From: an uncultured Prevotella sp.
GTDB taxonomy: Bacteria; Bacteroidota; Bacteroidia; Bacteroidales; Bacteroidaceae
Direction: 5' to 3'
DNA length: 64,000 nucleotides
Assembly: GCA_964420715.1 (NCBI GenBank)
Contig: CAYQUN010000012.1
Coordinates: 4,418 to 68,417 of the forward strand
Below are positions 41,524-49,519 of this stretch, piece after piece (the first letter of the stretch is position 1; each line of letters starts with the position of its first letter). A program made the position numbers and the translations under genes. Under the pieces are notes generated by a model. The model had not been told where the DNA came from, did not search any database, and saw nothing but the letters and a program-made list of their open reading frames with translations.

Positions 41524-43038
41524 ATGAAGAATATGAAATATTGGGGCATGGCGCTGCTTGGCATATTGGCCCTGGCCTCCTGTTCCGACGACAAGGAGAG
41601 CGCAAGCCAGACCTTGTCGGTAGCGGCCTTCTCGCCCACAATCATCATGGACAACCAGTCGATGCAGGTCACGGGAACCGATATGGGCCAGGTGACCGAG
41701 GCTGAGTTTCCCGGGGGTGCCGTCACCACGGACATCACCCCCCTTGACGCAAGGACGCTTTACCTGAAGGCGCCGGCCGGCATCAGCACCACCGACGGGC
41801 CCATCATCTTGCGCACCTCCGACGGCCAGCAGGCCGAGAGCCGCCAGCTGATGCACTTGGCGCAGCCGCAGTTCCAGTCTTACGAGTTCACCAGCAGTGC
41901 CGGCGCGCTCACCAATTCCAACATCAACATCTATGGAACCGACTTGCTGCCCGTGAGCAAGATCATCTTCGCCCTCGACGGCGACACCGCCACGGTCGGC
42001 GGTGTCGACATGATGCGCAAGTCCAACGAGGCCATCAAGGTCACCATTCCCGACAAGGCGCCCACCGGCAAGGGGGTCAGCGTGAAGCTCGGCTTCCAGA
42101 ACGGCACCACCATGGACCTGCCCAGCCTCGACATCGACAAGGGTCTCGGCGACGGGCACTGGGAGCGCCACATGCAGACCATCTTCTCCGGTCCGTCCGT
42201 CTATCTGGGCAACTACGCGCGCACCGTCGACATCTCGTCCTCGCGCCTGCAATACATCGAGGAGGGCGACACCATCCGCGTGCTGATGCAGTACATGCTT
42301 GCCGGATGCGAGTACACGCTCTACGACGGTGTCAGCGGCGAGTCTCTCGGAGCCGGCTATGAGCACAAGAGCATTTCCAGCGAGGAGAGGACGCAGGGCT
42401 ATTATGACATCATCGTGACCAAGGACGTCTTGAAGGAGCTGCAAAACAACGGCCTGAAGATTGGAGGCCAGCGCTATGGCGTGGCCAAGGTGCAACTCTT
42501 CTCGCGCATGTGGGTTTCCGACGTCCACATCGACCTGCGCGATCCCATCACCGACGAGACCGTCATGGTGCTCAACTTCGAGAAGACCGACTCGCACGAT
42601 CCGGCCACGATGGATGACAACTGGACGGTGCCGGGAGCCAACACATGGCCCAAGGACGACGACGGAAACACCTTCGTCTACGTGCAGCAGTACATTCCCG
42701 ACGGATGGATGTTCAACTGCAACCACCTCTCCGTGGCCCCCATCGACCACATCGAGAACTACTACATCAAGTTCGACTGCCGCATCGACCAGGGTGTCGA
42801 AGGTGCCTCCAACGCCGAGATGCAGTATTGCATCGGCAACACGTGGATGTGGGTCGGCAAGGGATTCCTCCCCGAGACCACCAACGGCCAGTGGATTACG
42901 GTCACGCGCGCCATCTCCGACATTTCCGACCTCTCGGGAACGCTCAAGATTGACGAGGGCACGTCCATCGGATTCTACGGCAACCACATCCCCGCCGGTG
43001 TCGCCATAGACAACGTCCGCTTCGATCCCAAGTTCTAA
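41524..43038 (+). CDS. Surface glycan-binding lipoprotein (IPT/TIG domains plus C-terminal beta-sandwiches)
   Basis: Lipobox LASC then SDDKE; two IPT-like repeats; position after susD. Confidence 0.8.
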   Translation: MKNMKYWGMALLGILALASCSDDKESASQTLSVAAFSPTIIMDNQSMQVTGTDMGQVTEAEFPGGAVTTDITPLDARTLYLKAPAGISTTDGPIILRTSDGQQAESRQLMHLAQPQFQSYEFTSSAGALTNSNINIYGTDLLPVSKIIFALDGDTATVGGVDMMRKSNEAIKVTIPDKAPTGKGVSVKLGFQNGTTMDLPSLDIDKGLGDGHWERHMQTIFSGPSVYLGNYARTVDISSSRLQYIEEGDTIRVLMQYMLAGCEYTLYDGVSGESLGAGYEHKSISSEERTQGYYDIIVTKDVLKELQNNGLKIGGQRYGVAKVQLFSRMWVSDVHIDLRDPITDETVMVLNFEKTDSHDPATMDDNWTVPGANTWPKDDDGNTFVYVQQYIPDGWMFNCNHLSVAPIDHIENYYIKFDCRIDQGVEGASNAEMQYCIGNTWMWVGKGFLPETTNGQWITVTRAISDISDLSGTLKIDEGTSIGFYGNHIPAGVAIDNVRFDPKF

Positions 43039-43068
43039 TCCACCGGCGGAACAAGTGAAATAAAAAAA

Positions 43069-44487
43069 ATGACTATTGAAATGAACAACAAGCATATCAT
43101 TCATCACCTGCTGTCATCGGCACTCATCCTCCTGGGTGCCTTTGCAGCGGCAGGGTGCAGCTACGACGACAACCAGGCGTTCTCGGTCACGGCACCCAGG
43201 CTCATCGCCTCAACGCCCGCCGACGGCACCACCGACCTGGGTGCCGGCACGCTCGTCGTCACCCTCGCCTACGACCAGAAGATTCATGCCGACTCGGCGC
43301 AGCTCGCCCTCGTCACGGCCGGCGACGCCACCATTGACAGCATCAAGACGCGCATCTCGAGCATCATCGTCTATCTCTCCGGGCTCAATCTTGACAAGGA
43401 GTACAAGGTCGACGTGCCCGCCGGTGTCGTCGAGGGGCCCTCGGGGGTGAGTGCCGACGAGGCCTCCGTCTCCTTCAGCACCATCCGGCTGAACAACGAC
43501 GGCCTGAAGCTATGCACGCCCAACGCCAGCAACGAGGCCGTCAGGCTCTTCAACTATCTCATCGACGGACGCGGCCTGCGCACCCTCTCCTCAACGATGG
43601 CTTGCGTCAACTGGAACACCAACGAGGCCGAATGGGTCCATAGCCACACGGGCAAGTATCCGGCCATCAACTGCTTCGACTACATCCACTTCCGCGACGC
43701 GTTCGTCGACTACGGCAACACGAAGGTGGCCGAGGACTGGTGGAACAACGGAGGCATCGTGGCGGCCATGTGGCACTGGCAGGTGCCGGCCAACGGCGGG
43801 GGCTACAGCTACACGCCGGGCAAGGGGGCCGACCAGACCTCGTTTGACGTTCGCAAGATTGACGATCCCAACTCGGAGGAGTACAAGCAGATCGTGGCCG
43901 ACCTCGACCAGGTGGCGGGCTATCTGAAGCTCTTGCAACAGAAGCACATCCCCGTCATCTGGCGACCGCTCCACGAGGCCGCCGGCAACTACTATCACCC
44001 CGAGTGGAACGGCACGGCGTGGTTCTGGTGGGGCTATTACGGACCGGAGTATTTCAAGAAGCTATGGCACTTGATGTACGACCGCTTCGTCAATGTCAAC
44101 GGCCTGGACAACCTGATTTGGGTCTGGGTGTACGAGGGGCATGACGAATGGTATCCGGGCGACGAGTATGTCGACGTCGTCGGATGCGACGACTACAACC
44201 AGAAGAACCCCACGTCGTTTGCCAACCAGTATGACGCCATGATACGCTACAAGAACAAGCTGGCCGCCCTCACCGAGTGTGGCAGCGTGGCCAAGATCAG
44301 CGACCAGTGGAAGGCCGGCGCGCGCTGGGCCTGGTTCATGCCGTGGTACGACTACGACCGCACCAACAACGTGTCGGGGGCGGCCTTCCAGAGCACCGAC
44401 CACCTGCACGCCAACATCGACTGGTGGCGCGACGCCTTGCAGCAGGACTACGTCGTCACGCGCGACGAGCTGCCCTCCTTCAAGTAA
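43069..44487 (+). CDS. Surface lipoprotein GH26 beta-mannanase with an N-terminal Ig-like (Big_5-like) domain
   Basis: Lipobox AAGC; STPADGTTD Ig start; WRPLHEAAG..WFWWG and ALTECG motifs. Confidence 0.92.
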   Translation: MTIEMNNKHIIHHLLSSALILLGAFAAAGCSYDDNQAFSVTAPRLIASTPADGTTDLGAGTLVVTLAYDQKIHADSAQLALVTAGDATIDSIKTRISSIIVYLSGLNLDKEYKVDVPAGVVEGPSGVSADEASVSFSTIRLNNDGLKLCTPNASNEAVRLFNYLIDGRGLRTLSSTMACVNWNTNEAEWVHSHTGKYPAINCFDYIHFRDAFVDYGNTKVAEDWWNNGGIVAAMWHWQVPANGGGYSYTPGKGADQTSFDVRKIDDPNSEEYKQIVADLDQVAGYLKLLQQKHIPVIWRPLHEAAGNYYHPEWNGTAWFWWGYYGPEYFKKLWHLMYDRFVNVNGLDNLIWVWVYEGHDEWYPGDEYVDVVGCDDYNQKNPTSFANQYDAMIRYKNKLAALTECGSVAKISDQWKAGARWAWFMPWYDYDRTNNVSGAAFQSTDHLHANIDWWRDALQQDYVVTRDELPSFK

Positions 44488-44496
44488 AAAGAAACA

Positions 44497-44594
44497 CTCC
44501 GCCCGGCGGCGACGTGCCGCCGGGGTGGTTTCCCCATTCATTCATGTGTTGCACCCCGGGTCATGCCGTCATGGCGGACCTGGGGTGGTTTTTT
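44497..44594 (+). terminator. Double hairpin / intrinsic terminator ending the SusCD-GH26 operon
   Basis: CCCGGCGGC/GCCGCCGGG (44502-44524), then CACCCCGGGTC/GACCTGGGGTG (44552-44587) followed by GTTTTTT. Confidence 0.75.
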
Positions 44595-44745
44595 CCGAAA
44601 ACAGGACATCCGCACCACACCCGTAAAAATCCGCACAAGGCAACATGTCAGAAAAAGGACTTATTTTCGACATTTTGCAAACGATTTCCCGCCAAACGCT
44701 TACGCACTTGTAAAGAATCGCGAAACAGCGGGATGGGAATGTAAG

Positions 44746-44822
44746 AACGGCCTTCCTAGCCCCTAAGAAGCCCGCTCAAAGCCCGTCTGAACGGCCTTTC
44801 GAGCCGCTCTAAAAGGTGCTTA
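44746..44822. repeat. Degenerate tandem repeat with an 11-bp period (7 units)
   Basis: aacggccttcc tagcccctaag aagcccgctca aagcccgtctg aacggcctttc gagccgctcta aaaggtgctta. Confidence 0.65.
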
Positions 44823-44972
44823 CACCATGCAAACGCCAAGGGGAGGCCCGCGGACTACAAATACTTGACAGTTCGAAAGCTGCTGACCTCCTTCGCCCGC
44901 AAGGGGGTGGCAACGGACCTGAACATAAAAAAATTACCTGTTTCGTGAACAATCGAACAGGTTTCTAAAAAA

Positions 44973-45039
44973 TTGAGAAAATAGTTCTATTCTTTGAGAA
45001 AATTTTTAAGTCCCATGTGGCAGACCTTTCTTAAATTTG
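44973..45039 (+). promoter_or_regulatory. Promoter with operator motif B (second copy)
   Basis: TTGAGAAAAT-N11-TTGAGAAAATTTTTAAG-N21-TAAATTTG. Confidence 0.8.
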
Positions 45040-45202
45040 CACATTGGAATTGGGAGCCTCAAAAATCAAGAAAGGAGGGAGAGGTGAGAACCATTTCCAG
45101 AACCGAATTGGGGAGAATCATTCAGAGTCAAAATAATCTATATATAACTATATAAAAGGTGAAGCCCTCAAAAAGGCAGATACGTTAAATGAAAACTTAC
45201 AT

Positions 45203-48200
45203 ATGTTATCAATTATCATGAGAAATCGTGTACTTACTTTCTTGTTAGGTTTCTTGTCATTGTCGCTTGCGGCGTTTGCACAAGACACCAGCCTGGGCCC
45301 CGGAAGCAACCCAGGCAAAAAGTTCGTCCCCAAGATAGGTGATTATGATGCACCTACCCGTGTGATGAACTACAACTCAGAAACCGGGGATGTCGATTTG
45401 ACCTACTACATCAATGACAGGCGGCAGCTTTTCAACATGTGTAGCGACAACGGCACCTTCACCAACGTCACACTCCTCGATGGGGGCACAACGGGCAAGG
45501 TGACAGAGAAGAACACCCCCGTGTCTGCATTTAATAGCCAATATCCCGACGGGCTGCAATTTCCCTCTGGCTGGACTGTGGGTAAGGATATCACATTCAC
45601 CGAGGAGGAGCAGAGCGCCATGCAGCCAGGTGGCAAGATTGTCGTGAGGGGAACTCCGGATACTGGTGAAAACGTCTATCCACAAATAAAAATCGTCGCG
45701 AATAAAGACTGGGATCATCCAATCACCAATGAAACTGGTGCAGGCTACATCGCCTTCACGGGAGAGTATGAGGTGAAGATCACAGAGGACAATCTGGACG
45801 CATTAAAGAAGGGAATCACCATACAGGGGCAGTACTACACATTGACCGGTCTGACGATTTCCTCCGCACAAGAAAACCCCTATCATTTCGAAAACACCGT
45901 GGGATGGAGCACCGAAACCCCCGATTCATTGACATGGGGCAGCGAAATTTCTGGCGATCCCAAAGCCTATGGTATCCATGTGACATTTGATCAGAATAAC
46001 AATGCTTTTTGGAACCGCATCGCTTCTGGAAGTACGCTGAGATTTGAATTTACCGACGTAGAAGAAGGAGCCCAAGTTCAAGTTTCTACGTATTTAAACG
46101 GGGTGGTTAAACCCGAAAACTTTATCAACTTAACCGACAACGGAGGTCTTGGCAGTGCAACCATTAGCAAGAGGCTAAAAGATGAAGATGGTGGATATTA
46201 CGAAATTCCCATCACCACCGACGGCCAGGGCGGTGACGCGATAGATCTAGTGAAGAATTATGGCGTCTATGTCAAGGGATCAGGTGCCAAACTCAAAGAG
46301 ATTAGCGTCTATTATAAGGTTAATGAAGCGAACTTGGGTGACAACTATATATTCCTTGCCACCTATAGCCAGACATATAATCAAGATGGATGGGACCCCA
46401 CGACCATCAAGCCGTATTATGCCGCGCTGGGTAAAGTAGAAAACCATCGTGGAGGTGGGAAATGGGAAGACCGCGCGCTGGGTGGTGAATATGCCAAGCC
46501 GACCGACTGGCAAGGAAACAACATCCGCTCGGTGACGGTGTATTGCAAAGACGGTTATCAGATGAACACGCGTACAAATGGCGGTGATGGCGACCAGGAT
46601 ATGATCAACGGACTGCACCCCAGGCTCTTTGATTTGACCAAAGCCGACGTCGGCGTGGAATATGCGCAGTGGTTTACATCCAATCCGGAAGTCGACGCTT
46701 ACAGGCATGGAGAAAATTTGCACAAGTTGATGGACGTCGTCCTCCACAACCATACACGTCTGGTGAAGGTGCGCCTCCCCGAGAACGTAGAGGCCATCGG
46801 CTATGAGGCCTTCAGCGACTGCCCGAATCTGACCGAGGTGCACATCCCCCATTGCACGAAGGTGATTGGCAACAATGCTTTCGGCAACTGCCCCAAGCTC
46901 ACCACATTGAAGGTGATGAGGGATACTGATCCGTGGGGTGATTTTAATTTCGTGCAATTCCCCAAGGCTCTTGAATATATTGGCAACCGTGCCTTCCAAA
47001 ATGACCGCTCGTTGAGATTTACAAATGCCAACAGAGCTGCATTGGACGGGAAGCTGTCCTTCTATATTGGCGACACCAACACTGAAAACCCTGATTTGCA
47101 CTACAATCTGAAGGAGATTGGAGACATTGCCTTCTTGAATTGTGTGAATCTTGCCGACACGATTTACATCCCCAACACCGTGACGCGAATCGGCCAGGGG
47201 GCCTTCCGCAACACGACGAACGAAGCTGGAACCATCAAGCAGATCGTCTTTAATTATAAGCCCGACGCATATCTTAAGGGCGAACAAGCCGATGCGTTGG
47301 AGATTGGCCAATACGCATTCTCGCAACAGCCCAGCCTCTACATACCCGATGTCACATGGTATACCGACCGCGCTCCGCTGACGTCCGTCATCTTTGATTG
47401 GGGCAAGACGGGCCAGAAGTATGCCATCGATGCCGCCGCTTTCCAATACGACGTGAATCTGAAAGACCTGGGGCTTTCCGCTGCGGACAAGAACGATGTC
47501 AAGTTCACCAGGGTGGGTGCCCGCGCCTTCGAGCATTGCCATAGCCTGGCAAGTGACAACAACACGGTGCAAAACATCATCAACAACGTAACGGTCGATG
47601 CGAACGGACGCCCGGCCATCGGCAACAACGCCTTTGCCTACTGCAATGGCGGACTGCTGAACACGAAGGGAGAGCTTATTAGCTCCGTGTGGAACAGTTG
47701 GTATGAAATTACGATTCCCGAATCGTGGAAGTATTTGCCCGCAGGACTCTTCGAGCATGACTTCAACCTGAATAACGTATACGTGTCGGCAACCGAGGCC
47801 CCCGTCACCGAGAACACCTTGAACGACGCCGACAAGGCGAATGCCGACCTGGGACAGAGCATCGCCCTGACCGACGGCTCTTATGGTACGAACAATGAGG
47901 AATTCTATACTGAGCATGGCGGACAATATATTATCGACGAGGACTCAACGTTGCACTATCCCTTCTATGGAATCGTGTCTAACCGTTGCCGATTGAATTT
48001 TACCTTCGACAAAGGGGATGCCGAAAGCATCCAGGCTAAGAAGACGTACCGCGAACAGCCCGGCTTCCTCTATGATTTGCTCACCAAGTATTTGGATGAG
48101 GACATGATACATCACGAAACCAAAAGTAAGGATGGAGAAGTTATATTACGCGCATGGGACGACACGAAGATGGATAAATACTATTATTGTGTGGATCAGG

Positions 48201-49063
48201 CCGCTGCCGACATCGTGTTAAACCGTACGTTCAACAAGGATGAGAACAATTGGAACACCGTCGCCCTGCCCTTTGGCATTTGGTACAAGGACACCTATAC
48301 GAACGCCTTGGGCAACGATGCCGTGGCCGCACTCTACGCCTTCGACGAGGATGAGCCTCTGAGGAAGGACGGCAAGACCCTCCACTTCGTCCAAATAGAT
48401 TGGGGAATCGATTACTCCAACATTCCGAAAGGAACCCCGTTCGTCGCACGGCATATTGACCCCTCCAAGGCCCAGCCCACGGGTGACGAGCCCAAGGAAT
48501 ACTTCTATGCCATCCTGACCAAGAGTGACGGAGGCACGGTGCAAGCCACGGCCACCAAGCCCGTCCAAGGCTATCGCTTTGCCAATGTGGACTATTATGG
48601 TGCCAATTGGCCCAACTATAACGAGCCGGCCTATGTCACGGAGACGAGAGAGAATTCTCCCTATGCGTTTGTAGGCAGCTACATCTTGCACAGCAAGACC
48701 GGACTCGAGCCCATTTCCGGTGTTGATGACCCGTCCTACCAGGACAATCGCATCGAAAACGCCTTCTTCATCCAGAACAACAAGTTCTATAGCACGGATC
48801 AGATTGGCGATAAGAAGTTATCTCTGAAGGGCTTCCGCGCCTACTTCACCAAGTCGGAGACGGCTCCCACCACGGCCAAGCAATCGGTGCTGGACATTGG
48901 TCTCGACGAGAACGAGGCTACCGGCATTGAGCAGGCCCACATCGTGGTGGTCAATCCTGATGGCAGCAGCGTCGACAAGGCCTACAATCTGGAAGGCCAG
49001 CGCGTAAGCGACGGCTACAAGGGCGTCGTAATTGTTAATGGCAAAAAAATGATTAGACGATGA
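45203..49063 (+). CDS. Large T9SS-secreted BspA-type leucine-rich-repeat protein with two N-terminal putative carbohydrate-binding modules
   Basis: Signal peptide; LRR_5-type repeats (LPENVEAIGYEAFSDCPNL, IPNTVTRIGQGAF); pre-CTD LNRTFNKDENNWNTVALPF; CTD AYNLEGQRV...KGVVIVNGKKMIRR. The start may be 45218. Confidence 0.85.
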   Translation: MLSIIMRNRVLTFLLGFLSLSLAAFAQDTSLGPGSNPGKKFVPKIGDYDAPTRVMNYNSETGDVDLTYYINDRRQLFNMCSDNGTFTNVTLLDGGTTGKVTEKNTPVSAFNSQYPDGLQFPSGWTVGKDITFTEEEQSAMQPGGKIVVRGTPDTGENVYPQIKIVANKDWDHPITNETGAGYIAFTGEYEVKITEDNLDALKKGITIQGQYYTLTGLTISSAQENPYHFENTVGWSTETPDSLTWGSEISGDPKAYGIHVTFDQNNNAFWNRIASGSTLRFEFTDVEEGAQVQVSTYLNGVVKPENFINLTDNGGLGSATISKRLKDEDGGYYEIPITTDGQGGDAIDLVKNYGVYVKGSGAKLKEISVYYKVNEANLGDNYIFLATYSQTYNQDGWDPTTIKPYYAALGKVENHRGGGKWEDRALGGEYAKPTDWQGNNIRSVTVYCKDGYQMNTRTNGGDGDQDMINGLHPRLFDLTKADVGVEYAQWFTSNPEVDAYRHGENLHKLMDVVLHNHTRLVKVRLPENVEAIGYEAFSDCPNLTEVHIPHCTKVIGNNAFGNCPKLTTLKVMRDTDPWGDFNFVQFPKALEYIGNRAFQNDRSLRFTNANRAALDGKLSFYIGDTNTENPDLHYNLKEIGDIAFLNCVNLADTIYIPNTVTRIGQGAFRNTTNEAGTIKQIVFNYKPDAYLKGEQADALEIGQYAFSQQPSLYIPDVTWYTDRAPLTSVIFDWGKTGQKYAIDAAAFQYDVNLKDLGLSAADKNDVKFTRVGARAFEHCHSLASDNNTVQNIINNVTVDANGRPAIGNNAFAYCNGGLLNTKGELISSVWNSWYEITIPESWKYLPAGLFEHDFNLNNVYVSATEAPVTENTLNDADKANADLGQSIALTDGSYGTNNEEFYTEHGGQYIIDEDSTLHYPFYGIVSNRCRLNFTFDKGDAESIQAKKTYREQPGFLYDLLTKYLDEDMIHHETKSKDGEVILRAWDDTKMDKYYYCVDQAAADIVLNRTFNKDENNWNTVALPFGIWYKDTYTNALGNDAVAALYAFDEDEPLRKDGKTLHFVQIDWGIDYSNIPKGTPFVARHIDPSKAQPTGDEPKEYFYAILTKSDGGTVQATATKPVQGYRFANVDYYGANWPNYNEPAYVTETRENSPYAFVGSYILHSKTGLEPISGVDDPSYQDNRIENAFFIQNNKFYSTDQIGDKKLSLKGFRAYFTKSETAPTTAKQSVLDIGLDENEATGIEQAHIVVVNPDGSSVDKAYNLEGQRVSDGYKGVVIVNGKKMIRR

Positions 49064-49284
49064 AAAAGGATTATATCACTCCGCAAACCCAAATCGTCCG
49101 CATGGGCAACAACAACTTGCTGGGCATCTCGTTTACCACCACAGACGATAAGCCGGTCTATAGTATGCCGGATGGAGAAACAGGAAGTACAAATTGCTCT
49201 CCGGAGACGACAGGTGGCGAGGTCTTTGGCGACGCCAAGAAGGGCTCGACGGCCCGGTCGATATGGGACAACTGGGACGAATAG
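49060..49284 (+). CDS. 74-aa peptide (MKKxYxxP...LLxxS...WDxW type), translationally coupled to the LRR gene
   Basis: ATGA overlap with the LRR stop codon; followed by hairpins and a terminator. Confidence 0.75.
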   Translation: MKKDYITPQTQIVRMGNNNLLGISFTTTDDKPVYSMPDGETGSTNCSPETTGGEVFGDAKKGSTARSIWDNWDE

Positions 49285-49304
49285 CATAGAAAATAGGAAG
49301 CCAA

Positions 49305-49405
49305 TACGGACACGACATCCCGAGGGTGCGCGTGTCCGTAACGGCCAAAAAGCAAAAGGGCCATACCCCAAACCAGCACATCTGCCAAGGTATGGCCCCT
49401 TTTTT
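49305..49405 (+). terminator. Double hairpin / intrinsic terminator after the peptide gene
   Basis: TACGGACACG/CGTGTCCGTA (49305-49340), then GGGCCATACC/GGTATGGCCC (49358-49398) plus a T run. Confidence 0.75.
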
Positions 49406-49482
49406 AAACCGTTTTACCGTGTTTTTGGACAAATACACCTTTATCTAACACAATATTACCCGACATTTTAGAAACTAAACCG

Positions 49483-49490
49483 TAATTTTG
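49483..49490 (+). promoter_or_regulatory. -7 promoter box for the GH2-GH43 PUL
   Basis: TAATTTTG 29 nt before the ATG at 49520; motifs A and B are absent upstream. Confidence 0.65.
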
Positions 49491-49519
49491 CAACGAACTT
49501 AAACGAAAAAAATACTGAT

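Larger units (their letters stand above)
19191..44487. other. Beta-mannan utilisation locus (composite PUL)
   Basis: GH5, two GH26, GH130 phosphorylase, GPH symporter, 2-epimerase, tandem SusC/D and a surface binding protein. The GH26-GH130-symporter-epimerase order matches the Bacteroides fragilis mannan catabolic operon. Confidence 0.85.

Noticed and set aside
44746-44822. CRISPR array or coding repeat
   Set aside because: Units are 11 bp, degenerate and contiguous, with no spacers, no cas genes and no supported ORF.
35684-47926. Long minus-strand ORFs (35684-37039, 38790-39878, 41437-43107, 46280-47926), and similarly 56156-57361
   Set aside because: They are antisense shadows of GC-rich, codon-biased genes with clear family motifs on the plus strand; they have no motifs of their own.
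49060-49284. Lasso peptide or other RiPP gene cluster
   Set aside because: No cyclase, peptidase, RRE, radical SAM or exporter is adjacent (ygiQ is 30 kb away in a housekeeping operon); kept only as an orphan peptide.
49424-49461. Possible third operator upstream of the GH2 promoter (ACAA repeated at a 21-bp period)
   Set aside because: Only a 4-bp match and no second promoter in the window to confirm it.
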